Assembly: GCA_039934355.1 (NCBI GenBank)
Contig: JBDTMI010000016.1
Coordinates: 176 to 64,175 of the forward strand
Source of the DNA: Gemmatimonadales bacterium
GTDB taxonomy: Bacteria; Gemmatimonadota; Gemmatimonadetes; Gemmatimonadales; GWC2-71-9
Length of the DNA: 64,000 nucleotides
Direction: 5' to 3'
Made by a program: the position numbers and the translations under genes
In this document: positions 9,520 through 18,964 of the stretch, piece by piece
How positions within the stretch are numbered: position 1 is the stretch's first letter
Layout of the letters: every line of letters begins with the position of its first letter
The notes under the pieces: generated by a model
The model's database searches: none
The model's input: only the letters and a program-made list of their open reading frames with translations
Told to the model about the DNA's origin: nothing

Positions 9520-9640
9520 CTCGAACAGAAGCGACCCGGGGTGAAGGGGACCGATGGCGGAACGGCGTCAGACGGCCGCCCGGGGCATGTCGGGGCGGTA
9601 ATCTAACCCGCGGCCCCAGCCGCTGAAACCCCGTTCGCGC

Positions 9641-9669
9641 TTGACCTTGCACCGCTCACCCTCTAGTTT
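9641..9669 (+). promoter_or_regulatory. Sigma70-type promoter for rpsT
   Basis: TTGACC-N17-TAGTTT about 60 bp upstream of the rpsT GTG. Confidence 0.65.
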
Positions 9670-9729
9670 CACCGCCTCCTCCCAACCCGCCTGTGGTTGG
9701 TCCCGTACGTTCTGAACCAAGGGTCGTCC

Positions 9730-9984
9730 GTGCCGCGCATCAAGTCCGCCAAGAAGCAACTGCGGAAGTCCCGGGCCGCCAACGAGCGGAACCGGCACCA
9801 GCGGAGCCAGCTCCGCACCGCCATCAAGAAGGTTCGCAGCGCCGAATCGCCCAAGGAGAAGGAAGCCGCTCTCAAGGAGGCGACGATCCTGCTCTCCCGC
9901 GCCGGTCGGAAGAACCTGATTCATCACAAGACCGCAAGCCGGACCAAGAGCCGGTTGGCGAAGGCGGTGGCGGTGAAGAAGTAG
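9730..9984 (+). CDS. rpsT: 30S ribosomal protein S20
   Basis: VPRIKSAKKQLRKS...RNRHQRSQLRTAIKK...LIHHKTASRTKSRL. Confidence 0.97.
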   Translation: MPRIKSAKKQLRKSRAANERNRHQRSQLRTAIKKVRSAESPKEKEAALKEATILLSRAGRKNLIHHKTASRTKSRLAKAVAVKK

Positions 9985-10036
9985 GCGGGACTGCAGGCGC
10001 AGGGCGGCTGGCGGAACGTGTCGAACGAGCAGAACC

Positions 10037-10071
10037 AAGGGCCCCCGGCTTTTCAAAGCGGAGGGCCCTTT
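10037..10071. terminator. Hairpin terminator between convergent genes
   Basis: aagggccc...gggccctt(t) stem downstream of rpsT. Confidence 0.65.
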
Positions 10072-10083
10072 GAGTTGCTGTTT

Positions 10084-10111
10084 CGCCCACCGCCTATCGG
10101 CTATCGCCGAC
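10084..10111. repeat. Degenerate heptamer repeat x4 abutting a stop codon
   Basis: cgcccac cgcctat cggctat cgccgac, directly before the tca (minus-strand TGA) at 10112. Confidence 0.6.
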
Positions 10112-11248
10112 TCATAGCGCAGCGAGCTCCGCCCCGCACCGCTCGCAGTACCACTCCGTCGGCCGATTCAGGGTACCGCACTCACCGCATTTCAGGGTTT
10201 TCTGGGCACCGCTCGGGCGATCCTTTGACTCCGCAGCCGGCGGGGGCGCGGCCGGGACCGGCGGGTGCGCGGCAGGGGTTGCGGGGGGCGACGCCTTCTG
10301 GATGACGGGCTCGGGCGCGGGCGGTGGTGTGATCGGTTCGGCCTGACGAATAAATCCACCGCTGGCGCGCGGCTTCTGGGGAGGCGCCGATCCTGGAGCT
10401 GCGGGAGCCTCGCTCCCGGTGACAGACTTCAGGAACGCGAGTTCATCAAGCTTTTCTCCGGTGCCATCGTTCGGCTTCCCCGAGGGAAACCAGAGCGTCC
10501 GACTGGCGGCTTCTTCCTTCTTGGGTGCCGGCTTCGGCTGCGGTTGGGGCTGAGGCCGGGGCGCCGGAGCGCGGAAAGGAATCTCCGTCCCACCGACTGG
10601 CGCCGTCGGGGCGACCGGTGCGGTGGCCACGGGCCGAACTGGGGCTGGTGCCGGTGGCGGCGCAACCGGCTCCGGAACAATCAGGAGCGGCTCCGGGAGG
10701 ATCAGCTCCGGCAGCACCGCCGGCTGGGGAGCGGTGATCACGACGGGAGCGGGCGGCGGCGGCGCTGGCGGCTCGATAACCACGGGAGGCGTGGGTGGGA
10801 TCAGCGGCGCCCGGATCGTAGAGAGCACTTCGGCCAGGCGGTCGATCTCCCGGGTGGTATGGCCGAGCTCGTCCCGCACGGCGAGCATCACTTTCATCAA
10901 CTCGGTGCGGATTCCATCCCAGCGGCCTTCGTCATACTCCCCCACCAGGTGGCGGATCTCCGCCTCCGAGAGCTGTTCCTCCTGCTCCCGCTCCCGCTTG
11001 GCGAGTTCGTCGCGCCGGGCGGAGAGCCCTTCGACCTGACTGTCGATCGCGGAGGTGTGGCCCCGCAGCTCTTCCACGACCGCGGTGAGCCGCCGCTCAT
11101 AGTCGGCCCGCACCCGCCCGCGCACCGCCTCTGGCACTGCGGGCGAATCGGTGGACGAGTTGAGTCGCGTGAGCCAGCTGACGAACTGGGCCCGGTCCTG
11201 CAGCAGCCGGTCGATGGGGGAACTGCTCTCGTGGGTCGGCTTGCTCAT
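10112..11248 (-). CDS. Hypothetical protein: coiled coil, long Pro-rich linker, C-terminal C4 zinc finger
   Basis: Helical N-terminal ~145 aa; P/A-rich middle; KCGECGTLNRPTEWYCERCG at the C-terminus; GAGGG SD. Confidence 0.85.
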   Translation of the reverse strand: MSKPTHESSSPIDRLLQDRAQFVSWLTRLNSSTDSPAVPEAVRGRVRADYERRLTAVVEELRGHTSAIDSQVEGLSARRDELAKREREQEEQLSEAEIRHLVGEYDEGRWDGIRTELMKVMLAVRDELGHTTREIDRLAEVLSTIRAPLIPPTPPVVIEPPAPPPPAPVVITAPQPAVLPELILPEPLLIVPEPVAPPPAPAPVRPVATAPVAPTAPVGGTEIPFRAPAPRPQPQPQPKPAPKKEEAASRTLWFPSGKPNDGTGEKLDELAFLKSVTGSEAPAAPGSAPPQKPRASGGFIRQAEPITPPPAPEPVIQKASPPATPAAHPPVPAAPPPAAESKDRPSGAQKTLKCGECGTLNRPTEWYCERCGAELAAL

Positions 11249-11410
11249 GTCCGAATTTCCCTCTGGACGCGGTGAGGGCGTGGATCTGGCGCTGGATCAG
11301 TCGCAGGAGCCGGGAGGCTCACTCCATGACGAGGGCACCCGCCCCCGCCGACGCTGCAAATGTAACTCCCCCGCTGTCTTACGAAAGACGCCCGGGACGG
11401 GAATCGGGCC

Positions 11411-12703
11411 TCAGGCATCCCGTCGGTCGTAGACAACCCGGCCCCGGACGATGGTGAGGTCGGCCCGGCCAGTCAGGGTGCGTCCCGCGAAAGGGGTGTT
11501 GCGGCTCTTGGAGAAAAACCCCCCCGGCTCAACTACCCACTGCACCGCCGGATCGAGGATAACGACGTCGGCGGGTGCCCCCACGGCCAGGGTTCCCCCC
11601 GGAAGGCGGAAAATTCTTGCCGGCAGGGTGCTCATCCGGTACACCAGCTCCGGCAGCGTGAGCAGGCCGGACAGCACCAGTTCCGAATGGGTGAGCCCGA
11701 ACGCCGTTTCGAGTCCGATGATCCCGTTGGGTGCCTCGTCGAACTCGCGCTCCTTGGCGTCGTAGTGATGCGGCGCATGATCAGTCGCGATCACGTCGAT
11801 GGTGCCGTCCTTGAGCCCCTGCCTGAGCGCCTCGCGATCCGCCGCCTCGCGCAGCGGCGGGTTCATCTTGGCGTTGGTGTTGTACCCTTCGCAGGCATCG
11901 TGGGTCAGGGTGAAATGATGCGGGGTCGCCTCCGCCGTCACATTCAGCCCCTTCTCCTTGGCGCGTCGGATCAGATCGACTGATCCGCGAGTGGACATGT
12001 GGCAGAGATGGACATGTCCCCCGGTCAGCTCAGCCAGGATGATATCCCGGGCCACCATGATTTCTTCAGCGGCCGACGGAATGCCCTTGAGCCCTAGGCG
12101 GGTGGACACGATCCCCTCGTGCATGCAGCCACCCTCGGCCAGCGACATGTCCTCGCAATGGTCGGCGACGGGAATGCCGAAGGTTCGGGCGTACTCCAGC
12201 GCGGTCCGCATCATGTGGCTGGTCATCACCGGCTTGCCATCGTCGCTCACCGCGACGGCGCCCGCCCCGACCAGCTCGCCGAACTCCGACAGCGTCTCGC
12301 CGTTTTGGCCCAGCGAGACGGTGCCGATCGGATAGACTCGTGCCTTGCCCGCTTTCTGCGCCTGGCTGATCACGAAGCCGATGGCACCCTGGTTATCGAG
12401 CACCGGATCAGTATTGGGCATGGCGCAGACGGCGGTGAAGCCGCCCGCCGCGGCCGCCATCGCCCCGCTGGCGACGGTCTCGCGGTCCTCCTGCCCTGGC
12501 TCCCGCAGGTGCACGTGCAGGTCGATCAACCCGGGGGCCACCACCTTCCCCGAGGCATCGATGATCTGGGCCCCGTCCTCGCCGACGATATTGCGGCCGA
12601 CCGAGACGATCTTGCCGTCCTGCACATAGACGTCGGCGATCCCGTCGCTGTTGCGCGAAGGATCGATGACCCGCCCGCCGCGGATGAGAATCGAGCTCGT
12701 CAC
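11411..12703 (-). CDS. pyrC: Dihydroorotase
   Basis: [36 protein letters not shown]. Confidence 0.96.
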   Translation of the reverse strand: MTSSILIRGGRVIDPSRNSDGIADVYVQDGKIVSVGRNIVGEDGAQIIDASGKVVAPGLIDLHVHLREPGQEDRETVASGAMAAAAGGFTAVCAMPNTDPVLDNQGAIGFVISQAQKAGKARVYPIGTVSLGQNGETLSEFGELVGAGAVAVSDDGKPVMTSHMMRTALEYARTFGIPVADHCEDMSLAEGGCMHEGIVSTRLGLKGIPSAAEEIMVARDIILAELTGGHVHLCHMSTRGSVDLIRRAKEKGLNVTAEATPHHFTLTHDACEGYNTNAKMNPPLREAADREALRQGLKDGTIDVIATDHAPHHYDAKEREFDEAPNGIIGLETAFGLTHSELVLSGLLTLPELVYRMSTLPARIFRLPGGTLAVGAPADVVILDPAVQWVVEPGGFFSKSRNTPFAGRTLTGRADLTIVRGRVVYDRRDA

Positions 12704-13653
12704 TCACTGCCTCCCTGCTGCTGCCAGTCGGGCCCGCCACCGGCGAGCAGATAGAGTACCGCCATCCGGATGGCGACGCCGTTGGTTACCTGCGGCAGGA
12801 TGACGCTGCGCGGGCCGTCGGCGACGTCGCTGTCGATCTCGACGCCCCGGTTCATCGGGCCCGGGTGCATCACGATGAGCTTGTCAGACGCCCGCTCGAG
12901 GCGTTCCCGGGTGACACCGAAGACCCGGTTGTATTCCCGGAGCGACGGGATGAAGCCGCTCGTCATCCGTTCCAGCTGGAGCCGGAGCACGTTCAGCGCA
13001 TCGGCCCAGCGAATCGCATCCTCGATCCGGGTGAACACCTCGACCCCCAGCTCGCTCACATTGCGCGGCATCAGGCTGGGCGGCCCGCACACCGCCACGT
13101 CGGCGCCGAGCTTCTTGAGCCCCCAGATGTTGGACCGGGCGACACGACTGTGCAGCACGTCGCCGCAGATGGCGACCTTGAGCCCGCTGAGCGAACCGAA
13201 CCGGTCCCGGAGGGTAAGGATGTCGAGCAGGCCCTGGGTGGGATGTTCGTGCTTGCCGTCGCCGGCGTTGATCACATTGGAGCGGATCCGTTTTCCCAGG
13301 AAATCGGCGGAGCCGGAGGCGGGGTGGCGGATGACCACCATGTCGATCCGCATTGCCTCGAGATTCCGGGCCGTGTCGACCAGGGTTTCACCCTTCGAGA
13401 CGGAGCTGCCACCGGTGGCGACATTCACGGTGTCTGCCGAAAGCCGCTTCTCGGCGAACTCGAAGGAGATGCGGGTGCGGGTGGAGGCTTCGAAGAAGAG
13501 ATTGACGATCGTCTTGCCGCGGAGCGCCGGGACCTTCTTGATCGGCCGCTCGCTGACTTCCTTGAAGGCTTCGGCGGTGTCGAGAATCAGCAGGATCTGT
13601 TCGGCCGACAGGGTCTCGAGGGCGGTCAGGTCCTTGCCCAGGCGGGGCGTCAT
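12700..13653 (-). CDS. pyrB: Aspartate carbamoyltransferase catalytic subunit
   Basis: [36 protein letters not shown]. Confidence 0.97.
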   Translation of the reverse strand: MTPRLGKDLTALETLSAEQILLILDTAEAFKEVSERPIKKVPALRGKTIVNLFFEASTRTRISFEFAEKRLSADTVNVATGGSSVSKGETLVDTARNLEAMRIDMVVIRHPASGSADFLGKRIRSNVINAGDGKHEHPTQGLLDILTLRDRFGSLSGLKVAICGDVLHSRVARSNIWGLKKLGADVAVCGPPSLMPRNVSELGVEVFTRIEDAIRWADALNVLRLQLERMTSGFIPSLREYNRVFGVTRERLERASDKLIVMHPGPMNRGVEIDSDVADGPRSVILPQVTNGVAIRMAVLYLLAGGGPDWQQQGGSE

Positions 13654-14189
13654 TCGGCGCGCACCAGCTCGACCGCATCGCGACCGTCGAGTTCGGTGAT
13701 GAGCACATCGATCCGGTCCTTCGGCCCAATTACCTGGCGCAGGCCGACGATATCCGGCTGGATGGGGAGTTCCCGGCCGCCCCGATCGACCAGCACGCAG
13801 AGCAGGATCCGCCGGGGCCGGCCAAAGTCGGCCAGCTCATCCAGGGCCGCGCGGATGGTGCGACCGGTGTAGAGCACGTCGTCCACGATCACGATCGTCC
13901 GGCCGTCGAGTGCGGTGGGGAGCCGAGTCTCGCCGACGACGGGGCGCGGTCCCACCGCCTGCAGGTCGTCGCGATACAGGGTGATATCGAGCTTGCCGGA
14001 CGCGATGGGATGTCCTTCGAGACCTTCGATCAGGCGGGAGAGCCGGGCGGCGAGTTCCACGCCCCGGCGCTGGATCCCGACTAGCAGGACGTCGTCCGTC
14101 CCGTGGCACTGCTCCACCAACTCCGAGGCCATGCGCGTGAGCGCGCGGGCGATGGCCCGGTCGTCGAGGAGGGTCGAGCGCGATGTCAT
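13650..14189 (-). CDS. pyrR: PyrR (pyr regulator / uracil phosphoribosyltransferase)
   Basis: [38 protein letters not shown]. Confidence 0.96.
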   Translation of the reverse strand: MTSRSTLLDDRAIARALTRMASELVEQCHGTDDVLLVGIQRRGVELAARLSRLIEGLEGHPIASGKLDITLYRDDLQAVGPRPVVGETRLPTALDGRTIVIVDDVLYTGRTIRAALDELADFGRPRRILLCVLVDRGGRELPIQPDIVGLRQVIGPKDRIDVLITELDGRDAVELVRAE

Positions 14190-14208
14190 GTTGAAGCGGG
14201 AAAGTAGC

Positions 14209-14277
14209 GGGGGGGAGGGGATGGGGGAAAGGGGAACGGGGAAAGGGGCGCGAGGAGGCAGGAGGCAGGAGGCGGGC
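14209..14277. repeat. Purine-rich heptamer arrays (GGGGAWN)x4 and (AGGAGGC)x3
   Basis: ggggatg ggggaaa ggggaac ggggaaa at 14217-14244; aggaggc x3 at 14253-14273. Confidence 0.8.
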
Positions 14278-14313
14278 GCAACTGAGCCGACTCGCGATCA
14301 CACTACCCGCTGA

Positions 14314-14931
14314 CTACACCTCGCGCGGAGCTGCGGGACTGACCAGGCGGCGCCAGGGCACCCGCCAGAGCATGAGCAACGCGAACACACCCCCGTAGAC
14401 CAGTCCCTCCCGCAGATCCAGCTTCTGCACCATCAGGTAGTGCAGGATCCCCAGCGCCGTCGCGAGATAGATCAGCTTGTGCAGACGGCCCCAGCGCTTG
14501 CCCAGGCGGCGGATCATCCTGTCGGTCGAGGTGATGGCCAGCGGAATCAGAATGAGGAACGCGATGAAGCCCACCGCGATCCGCGGGTGCTTGATCGTGT
14601 CTTCCCAGATGAGCGAAGGGTCCAGCGACTGATCGAGGATGAAATAGATGAGGGCGTGGGACAGGACATAAAAGAAAGCGAACAGGCCCAGCATGCGCCG
14701 CAGGCGGATCAGTTCGGACCAGTGCAGGATCTTGCGCGCCGGGGAAATCGTGAGCGTCACCAGGAGGAGCACTAGCGTGGTCAATCCGGTGGTGACCTGG
14801 AAGGTCTTCACCGGATCGGCGCCGAGATCGACGCGGCCAAGCACACCGAGGCCGAGCCAGGCCGCGGGCCCGAGCGCGGCCAGAAAGGCTGCCGGTTTGA
14901 AGAAGCGGGTGGTGAATTGGAGGCGGGTCAT
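14314..14931 (-). CDS. msrQ: Methionine sulfoxide reductase heme-binding membrane subunit MsrQ (YedZ)
   Basis: LGADPV, RRMLGLFAFFY, PLAITS, WGRLHKLIY; adjacent to msrP. Confidence 0.93.
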   Translation of the reverse strand: MTRLQFTTRFFKPAAFLAALGPAAWLGLGVLGRVDLGADPVKTFQVTTGLTTLVLLLVTLTISPARKILHWSELIRLRRMLGLFAFFYVLSHALIYFILDQSLDPSLIWEDTIKHPRIAVGFIAFLILIPLAITSTDRMIRRLGKRWGRLHKLIYLATALGILHYLMVQKLDLREGLVYGGVFALLMLWRVPWRRLVSPAAPREV

Positions 14932-14940
14932 GAGAGGAGG

Positions 14941-15042
14941 AGCATTCAGCGTTAAGCGTTCAGCATTCAGCGGTCACTGTCACCCGGATGGATCGCCGCC
15001 CTTCGAAGGCGGCTGAACGCTGAATGCTGAAGGCTGATCGCT
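14941..15042. repeat. Inverted heptamer tandem-repeat cassette: (AGCRTTM-like)x5, spacer, (GCTGAWN)x4
   Basis: agcattc agcgtta agcgttc agcattc agcggtc at 14941-14975; gctgaac gctgaat gctgaag gctgatc at 15012-15039; internal gccgcc-cttcgaa-ggcggc hairpin. Confidence 0.9.
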
Positions 15043-15045
15043 CTC

Positions 15046-15981
15046 TCAGAAATTCCGGGCCAGATCCATGCCCGAGTACAGCGACGCCACCTGGTCGGCG
15101 TAGCCGTTGAAGGGCAGCGTCCTCCGCTTGAAGAGCTCGCCCAGCCGGCGCTCCCGCGCCTGACTCCAGCGCGGATGATCTACCGCCGGATTCACGTTGG
15201 CATAGAAGCCGTACTCGTCGGCGGCGACCTCATTCCATGTCGTCCGCGGCTGGGTTTCGGTGAAGCGGATCCGCACGATCGCCTTGCCGCCCTTGAAGCC
15301 GTACTTCCACGGCACCACGAGACGGATCGGCGCGCCGTTCTGATTGGGCAGCGGCTTGCCGTAGAGCCCCGTCGCGAGAATGGCGAGGGGATGCATGGCC
15401 TCATCGAGCCGGAGCGCCTCGACATAGGGCCAGGGCAGCACACCGCGGCGCTGACCCGGCATCTGGGCGGCATCCTGCAGGGTGGTGAACTCGACGAACT
15501 TGGCGCGCGACGTCGGCTGTACTTTCGCCACCAGATCCTTGAGCGGAAAGCCGAGCCAGGGAATGACCATGCTCCAGGCTTCGACACAGCGGTGCCGGTA
15601 GACCCGCTCTTCCTGCTTGTAGGGCTTCACCAGATCATCGAAGTCGTAGTCGCCCGGCTTGGCGATCTCTCCGTCGATTTTCACCTTCCACGGCCGCGAC
15701 TTGAAGTTCTTCGCCTGCTCCGCCGGCTCGTCCTTGCCCGTGCCGAACTCGTAATAATTGTTGTACGTGGTGACTGACTCGTATGGTGTGAGCTTGTCCT
15801 CATCACCCGCCAGGAACGATGCTCCTTCCCGGGCCACCGATTGGGCCAGGGCGCGGCGCTCGCCGAGGGTCAGCAGGAGTCCGCTGCCCGCCAGTCCCGC
15901 CAGGAAGGCGCGGCGGCCGACATAATACCGCTCCTCGGTGATCTCGGATGTGGGGAGCTCCGGGGCGCGGCGGATCAGCAT
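15046..15981 (-). CDS. msrP: Periplasmic molybdo-methionine sulfoxide reductase MsrP (YedY)
   Basis: MLIRR start with GAGG SD; Tat motif [45 protein letters not shown]. Confidence 0.96.
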   Translation of the reverse strand: MLIRRAPELPTSEITEERYYVGRRAFLAGLAGSGLLLTLGERRALAQSVAREGASFLAGDEDKLTPYESVTTYNNYYEFGTGKDEPAEQAKNFKSRPWKVKIDGEIAKPGDYDFDDLVKPYKQEERVYRHRCVEAWSMVIPWLGFPLKDLVAKVQPTSRAKFVEFTTLQDAAQMPGQRRGVLPWPYVEALRLDEAMHPLAILATGLYGKPLPNQNGAPIRLVVPWKYGFKGGKAIVRIRFTETQPRTTWNEVAADEYGFYANVNPAVDHPRWSQARERRLGELFKRRTLPFNGYADQVASLYSGMDLARNF

Positions 15982-16094
15982 GCGAAACCTCAAACCTGGG
16001 GTAACCATCGCGGCCAGCCGGCAGTGTGCCGCGTGGCGCAGTTGAGAAGATACGCCGGATTCAGTCCAGCGGTTCCCTTCCGGGACCGATCACC

Positions 16095-16133
16095 AAAAAG
16101 CAGCCGGCCCGCCCCGAAGGACGGCACCGGCTG
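16095..16133 (-). terminator. Intrinsic terminator after tRNA-Ser(GGA)
   Basis: cagccgg...ccggctg stem followed on the minus strand by CTTTTT. Confidence 0.7.
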
Positions 16134-16139
16134 GCACCA

Positions 16140-16226
16140 CGGACAGGGCGGGATTCGAACCCGCGTAACCCTTGCAGGTTAACACGCTTTCCAGGCGTGC
16201 GCCTTAAACCACTCGGCCACCCGTCC
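16140..16226 (-). tRNA. tRNA-Ser(GGA), CCA not encoded
   Basis: GGACGGGTGGCCGAGTGGTTTAAGGCGCACGC-CT-GGA-AA-GCGTGT...GGGTTCGAATCCCGCCCTGTCCG; long variable arm. Confidence 0.97.
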
Positions 16227-16269
16227 CCGAGGCATTACCCGTTGCCGCGCAATGGCTTCGGGCGGCAAG

Positions 16270-16298
16270 AGTCTCGCCGGGCGACTGCCGCAAGTCAA
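16270..16298 (-). promoter_or_regulatory. Putative promoter for tRNA-Ser(GGA)
   Basis: TTGACT-N17-GAGACT on the minus strand. Confidence 0.5.
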
Positions 16299-16417
16299 TG
16301 CCCGCAGCAGCATCGCGCCACTCCTGTCACTCACCCGCCGCGGCCGATGTCCCACCCTGTCGCCCTGCCCCGCCGCGACGTAGCTTTGCGCCTCCTCCAA
16401 CATCCCGGGGCTGGTGC

Positions 16418-17332
16418 ATGGGCAAGCTGATCTTTGGCGGGCTGCTGCTGTTCATTGCGCTCATACTCATGGTCGCGCGCTCGTCCGGCGAGCAAAAGGG
16501 CCGGCCCTCGGGCAACCTGCTCCGTGTCTTCTCGTTGCTCTTCGCCAGTCTGGGCGCGCTGATCATGGTTTCGGCGCTCGTCGTCGTGATCGACCCAGGA
16601 CAGGTGGGCGTCAGGCACGCCTTCGGCACCGTGGATCCGCAACCGCTGCTGCCGGGAATTCACATGGTCACCCCGTGGTCGTCGATCGAGAACTATTCGA
16701 CCCGGGAGGAGCAGTTCCCCCAGGCGGGCGATGAGTCCGAGGCGATCGCAGCGCTTTCGAGCGAGCAGATGGGGATGACCGTTGACGCGGGTCTGCGCTG
16801 GCAGATTAATCCCCAGGACGCACCGCGGATCTTCACCGAAATCGGCGTCGAAGAGCAGATCCACTCGATCGTTCACAATGCTATTCGGCAGGGCGTTCGC
16901 GATGGAATGGTGCGTTTCTCCATCAACGACATCTCCAAGCGCACCGAGATCGCCGCCTTCATGCAGTCATTGGTTGACTCGGCGCTCATCACCCAGCCCC
17001 GTGCCGGCGGTGAGCCGTTCCGGATCGCGGAGGTGACCGCGTTCTTCCTGCGGGACCTGCAGCCGCCGGCCGAGGTTGTCGCGGCGATCAACGGCAAGAT
17101 CGCCCAGGAGCAGCAGATCCAGACCGAGCGCCACCGCGTCGAGGTGGCCCGGCTGCAGAGCGATCAGCAGCGATTGCTGAATGTGACGCTCACGGCCGAG
17201 GCGCTCACCAAGCAGTACCTCGAGGTGCTGCACGACATGAAAGGCTCGAACAACCTGGTCATCCTCGTGCCGACCGAGGGTGGCATCCCGATGCTCGACA
17301 TCGCGAAGCTGCGGGGCAACCTGCGGGAATAG
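16418..17332 (+). CDS. SPFH / prohibitin / band-7 family membrane protein
   Basis: Two N-terminal TMs, then VVIDPGQVGVRHAFG, PGIHMVTPW, LRDLQPPAEVVAAI, coiled-coil tail. Confidence 0.88.
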   Translation: MGKLIFGGLLLFIALILMVARSSGEQKGRPSGNLLRVFSLLFASLGALIMVSALVVVIDPGQVGVRHAFGTVDPQPLLPGIHMVTPWSSIENYSTREEQFPQAGDESEAIAALSSEQMGMTVDAGLRWQINPQDAPRIFTEIGVEEQIHSIVHNAIRQGVRDGMVRFSINDISKRTEIAAFMQSLVDSALITQPRAGGEPFRIAEVTAFFLRDLQPPAEVVAAINGKIAQEQQIQTERHRVEVARLQSDQQRLLNVTLTAEALTKQYLEVLHDMKGSNNLVILVPTEGGIPMLDIAKLRGNLRE

Positions 17333-17348
17333 CCGGCTCCGACAGCAG

Positions 17349-17390
17349 CGCGGGCCGTCACCCCACCGGGGAGACGGCCCGCGTTTCGTT
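17349..17390 (+). terminator. Intrinsic terminator between convergent genes
   Basis: cgcgggccgtc...gacggcccgcg followed by tttcgtt. Confidence 0.75.
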
Positions 17391-17410
17391 GCGGCCCTGG
17401 GAGCGACGGA

Positions 17411-18424
17411 CTATGTCGCGGGCAAGAGCCGGGTCGCGAGCGCGGTGAGTTCGGGCAGAAGGCTGCTGCCGTGGTCGGTCAGTCGCCGGAGGTATTCATC
17501 CGGCAGGGCCCGACGGCCGCACCTGGCGCCGAGGATCGAACCGGTCATCGCGGCCATGGTGTCGGTGTCCCCACCGATGCTGATGGCGGTGCAGACCGCG
17601 TCCCACCAGTCATCCGGCGATTGGAGCACCGCGTAGAGACTCCAGCAGACGCTACTCGTGACATACGAGGAGACCCCGTGCCAGCCGTGAACTGCCTCCG
17701 GCTCCAGGCCGTGGTCGGCGATGAACCCGGCAGCTTCATCGGGTGGAAGGTGAGCCCAGGTGGTGAGGTCCCAGATGGCGGTGGCCGTACCCGCATCGAT
17801 CGGCTCGACCCAGCGGCTGAGCTCAACCAGGAATTCGGCGCGATTGATCGGCTCATCCCGCGCGGCGATGGCCACCGCCCCCGCGATGGCGAGGGCGCCG
17901 GCTGCCGATCGCGGATCCTGATGGGTGACTCGCGCCTGATCCGAGACGACCTGGGCCAGGTGGTGTGGATCGCTTCCGAACAACAACCCGAGCGGTCCCG
18001 CGCGCATGGCGGCGCCGTTGCCGGCATAGGGCGCCGGAATTCCCGCGTCGAACCACGGCACGCCGAGGGCGAGCTGCCGTGCCGCGGCGATCGGCGCGTG
18101 ACCCCCCTCCACGAGGCGGCCCGAGACCACTATCTGGAGCAATCGCTCGGCAAAGACCGCCGGACGAAATTCGCCGGTGGACGAAATGCTGAGCAGCAAT
18201 TCGCGCGCGAGCTGGGTGTCATCGGTCACCTGCCCGAAACGATGGCTGCCCGGCCCGCGCACCGGCAACAGCCTGGGACGCAGGACCGTGTCGACGTAGC
18301 GCCGGGCATCCGCGGGAGGCTGTGCCTCGACCACGGCGCCGAGGGCGTCGCCCAGGGCGAGGCCCAGGAGGCAGCCAGCGTACTGATCGATGAGGGGATT
18401 CACGGTGATCCGTCTGGAAAACAT
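17411..18424 (-). CDS. ADP-ribosylglycohydrolase (DraG/ARH family)
   Basis: GCLLGLALGDALG, TDDT, GNGAAMR, VTH, GGDTDT. Confidence 0.93.
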   Translation of the reverse strand: MFSRRITVNPLIDQYAGCLLGLALGDALGAVVEAQPPADARRYVDTVLRPRLLPVRGPGSHRFGQVTDDTQLARELLLSISSTGEFRPAVFAERLLQIVVSGRLVEGGHAPIAAARQLALGVPWFDAGIPAPYAGNGAAMRAGPLGLLFGSDPHHLAQVVSDQARVTHQDPRSAAGALAIAGAVAIAARDEPINRAEFLVELSRWVEPIDAGTATAIWDLTTWAHLPPDEAAGFIADHGLEPEAVHGWHGVSSYVTSSVCWSLYAVLQSPDDWWDAVCTAISIGGDTDTMAAMTGSILGARCGRRALPDEYLRRLTDHGSSLLPELTALATRLLPAT

Positions 18425-18502
18425 GGGCCTACTATCGGCCGGTGTGGGGGAAAGGGAAAGGGGAGGACGAGTTGCTCTCGTTCTCCCCAGGCTCAACGTC
18501 TA

Positions 18503-18589
18503 CGGACAGGGTGGGATTCGAACCCACGAAACCCTTGCGGGTTTACCGGTTTTCGAGACCGGCTCCTTCAGCCACTCGGACACCCGTCC
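18503..18589 (-). tRNA. tRNA-Ser(CGA), CCA not encoded
   Basis: GGACGGGTGTCCGAGTGGCTGAAGGAGCCGGT-CT-CGA-AA-ACCGGT...GGGTTCGAATCCCACCCTGTCCG. Confidence 0.97.
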
Positions 18590-18964
18590 AGCGGCGCCCA
18601 AGATACTGCCCCTACAGTGCTTGCGGCAGTGGTTCCGATGTCGCCACACGAGGTAGCCTCTCTCGCCGCTCACCTCGTGTACTCCCGTTACCCTTCGAGA
18701 ACCAGTCGGCGGGCCACACGCTTCATCGCCGGACGGCGTGCAACCGCGAGCTCAAGTCTCGCGGCCAGCGTCCGACACTGTAGACACGTCATCGACCGTG
18801 GGGATTTTCCCCAGGGACTGTCCGTGCCGATCCCCTCGAGTTTCGAACGGATGACGACGTGCCCCTCCACCGCGCCCCCACTCGCACCGACCTCGGCCGC
18901 CTGCCGGTCTCGCCAACGCCTCGCGTTGCGACGCAACCCTGGATTCTCGACGGGCGTCACCGCC

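Noticed and set aside
11514..11525. G7-T5 run in pyrC as a programmed frameshift site
   Set aside because: The frame is intact (PGGFF) and the run is not in X_XXY_YYZ phase
18445..18467. Additional G/A-rich heptamer array
   Set aside because: Only two or three irregular units; too weak to call
16140..18589. attL/attR pair of an integrative element
   Set aside because: Both copies are complete tRNAs with different anticodons, and no integrase is in the window
17471..18964. 5' part of the 844-aa ORF fused to the diguanylate cyclase
   Set aside because: It runs antisense across the ADP-ribosylglycohydrolase and a tRNA; the REC domain begins at ATG 18965
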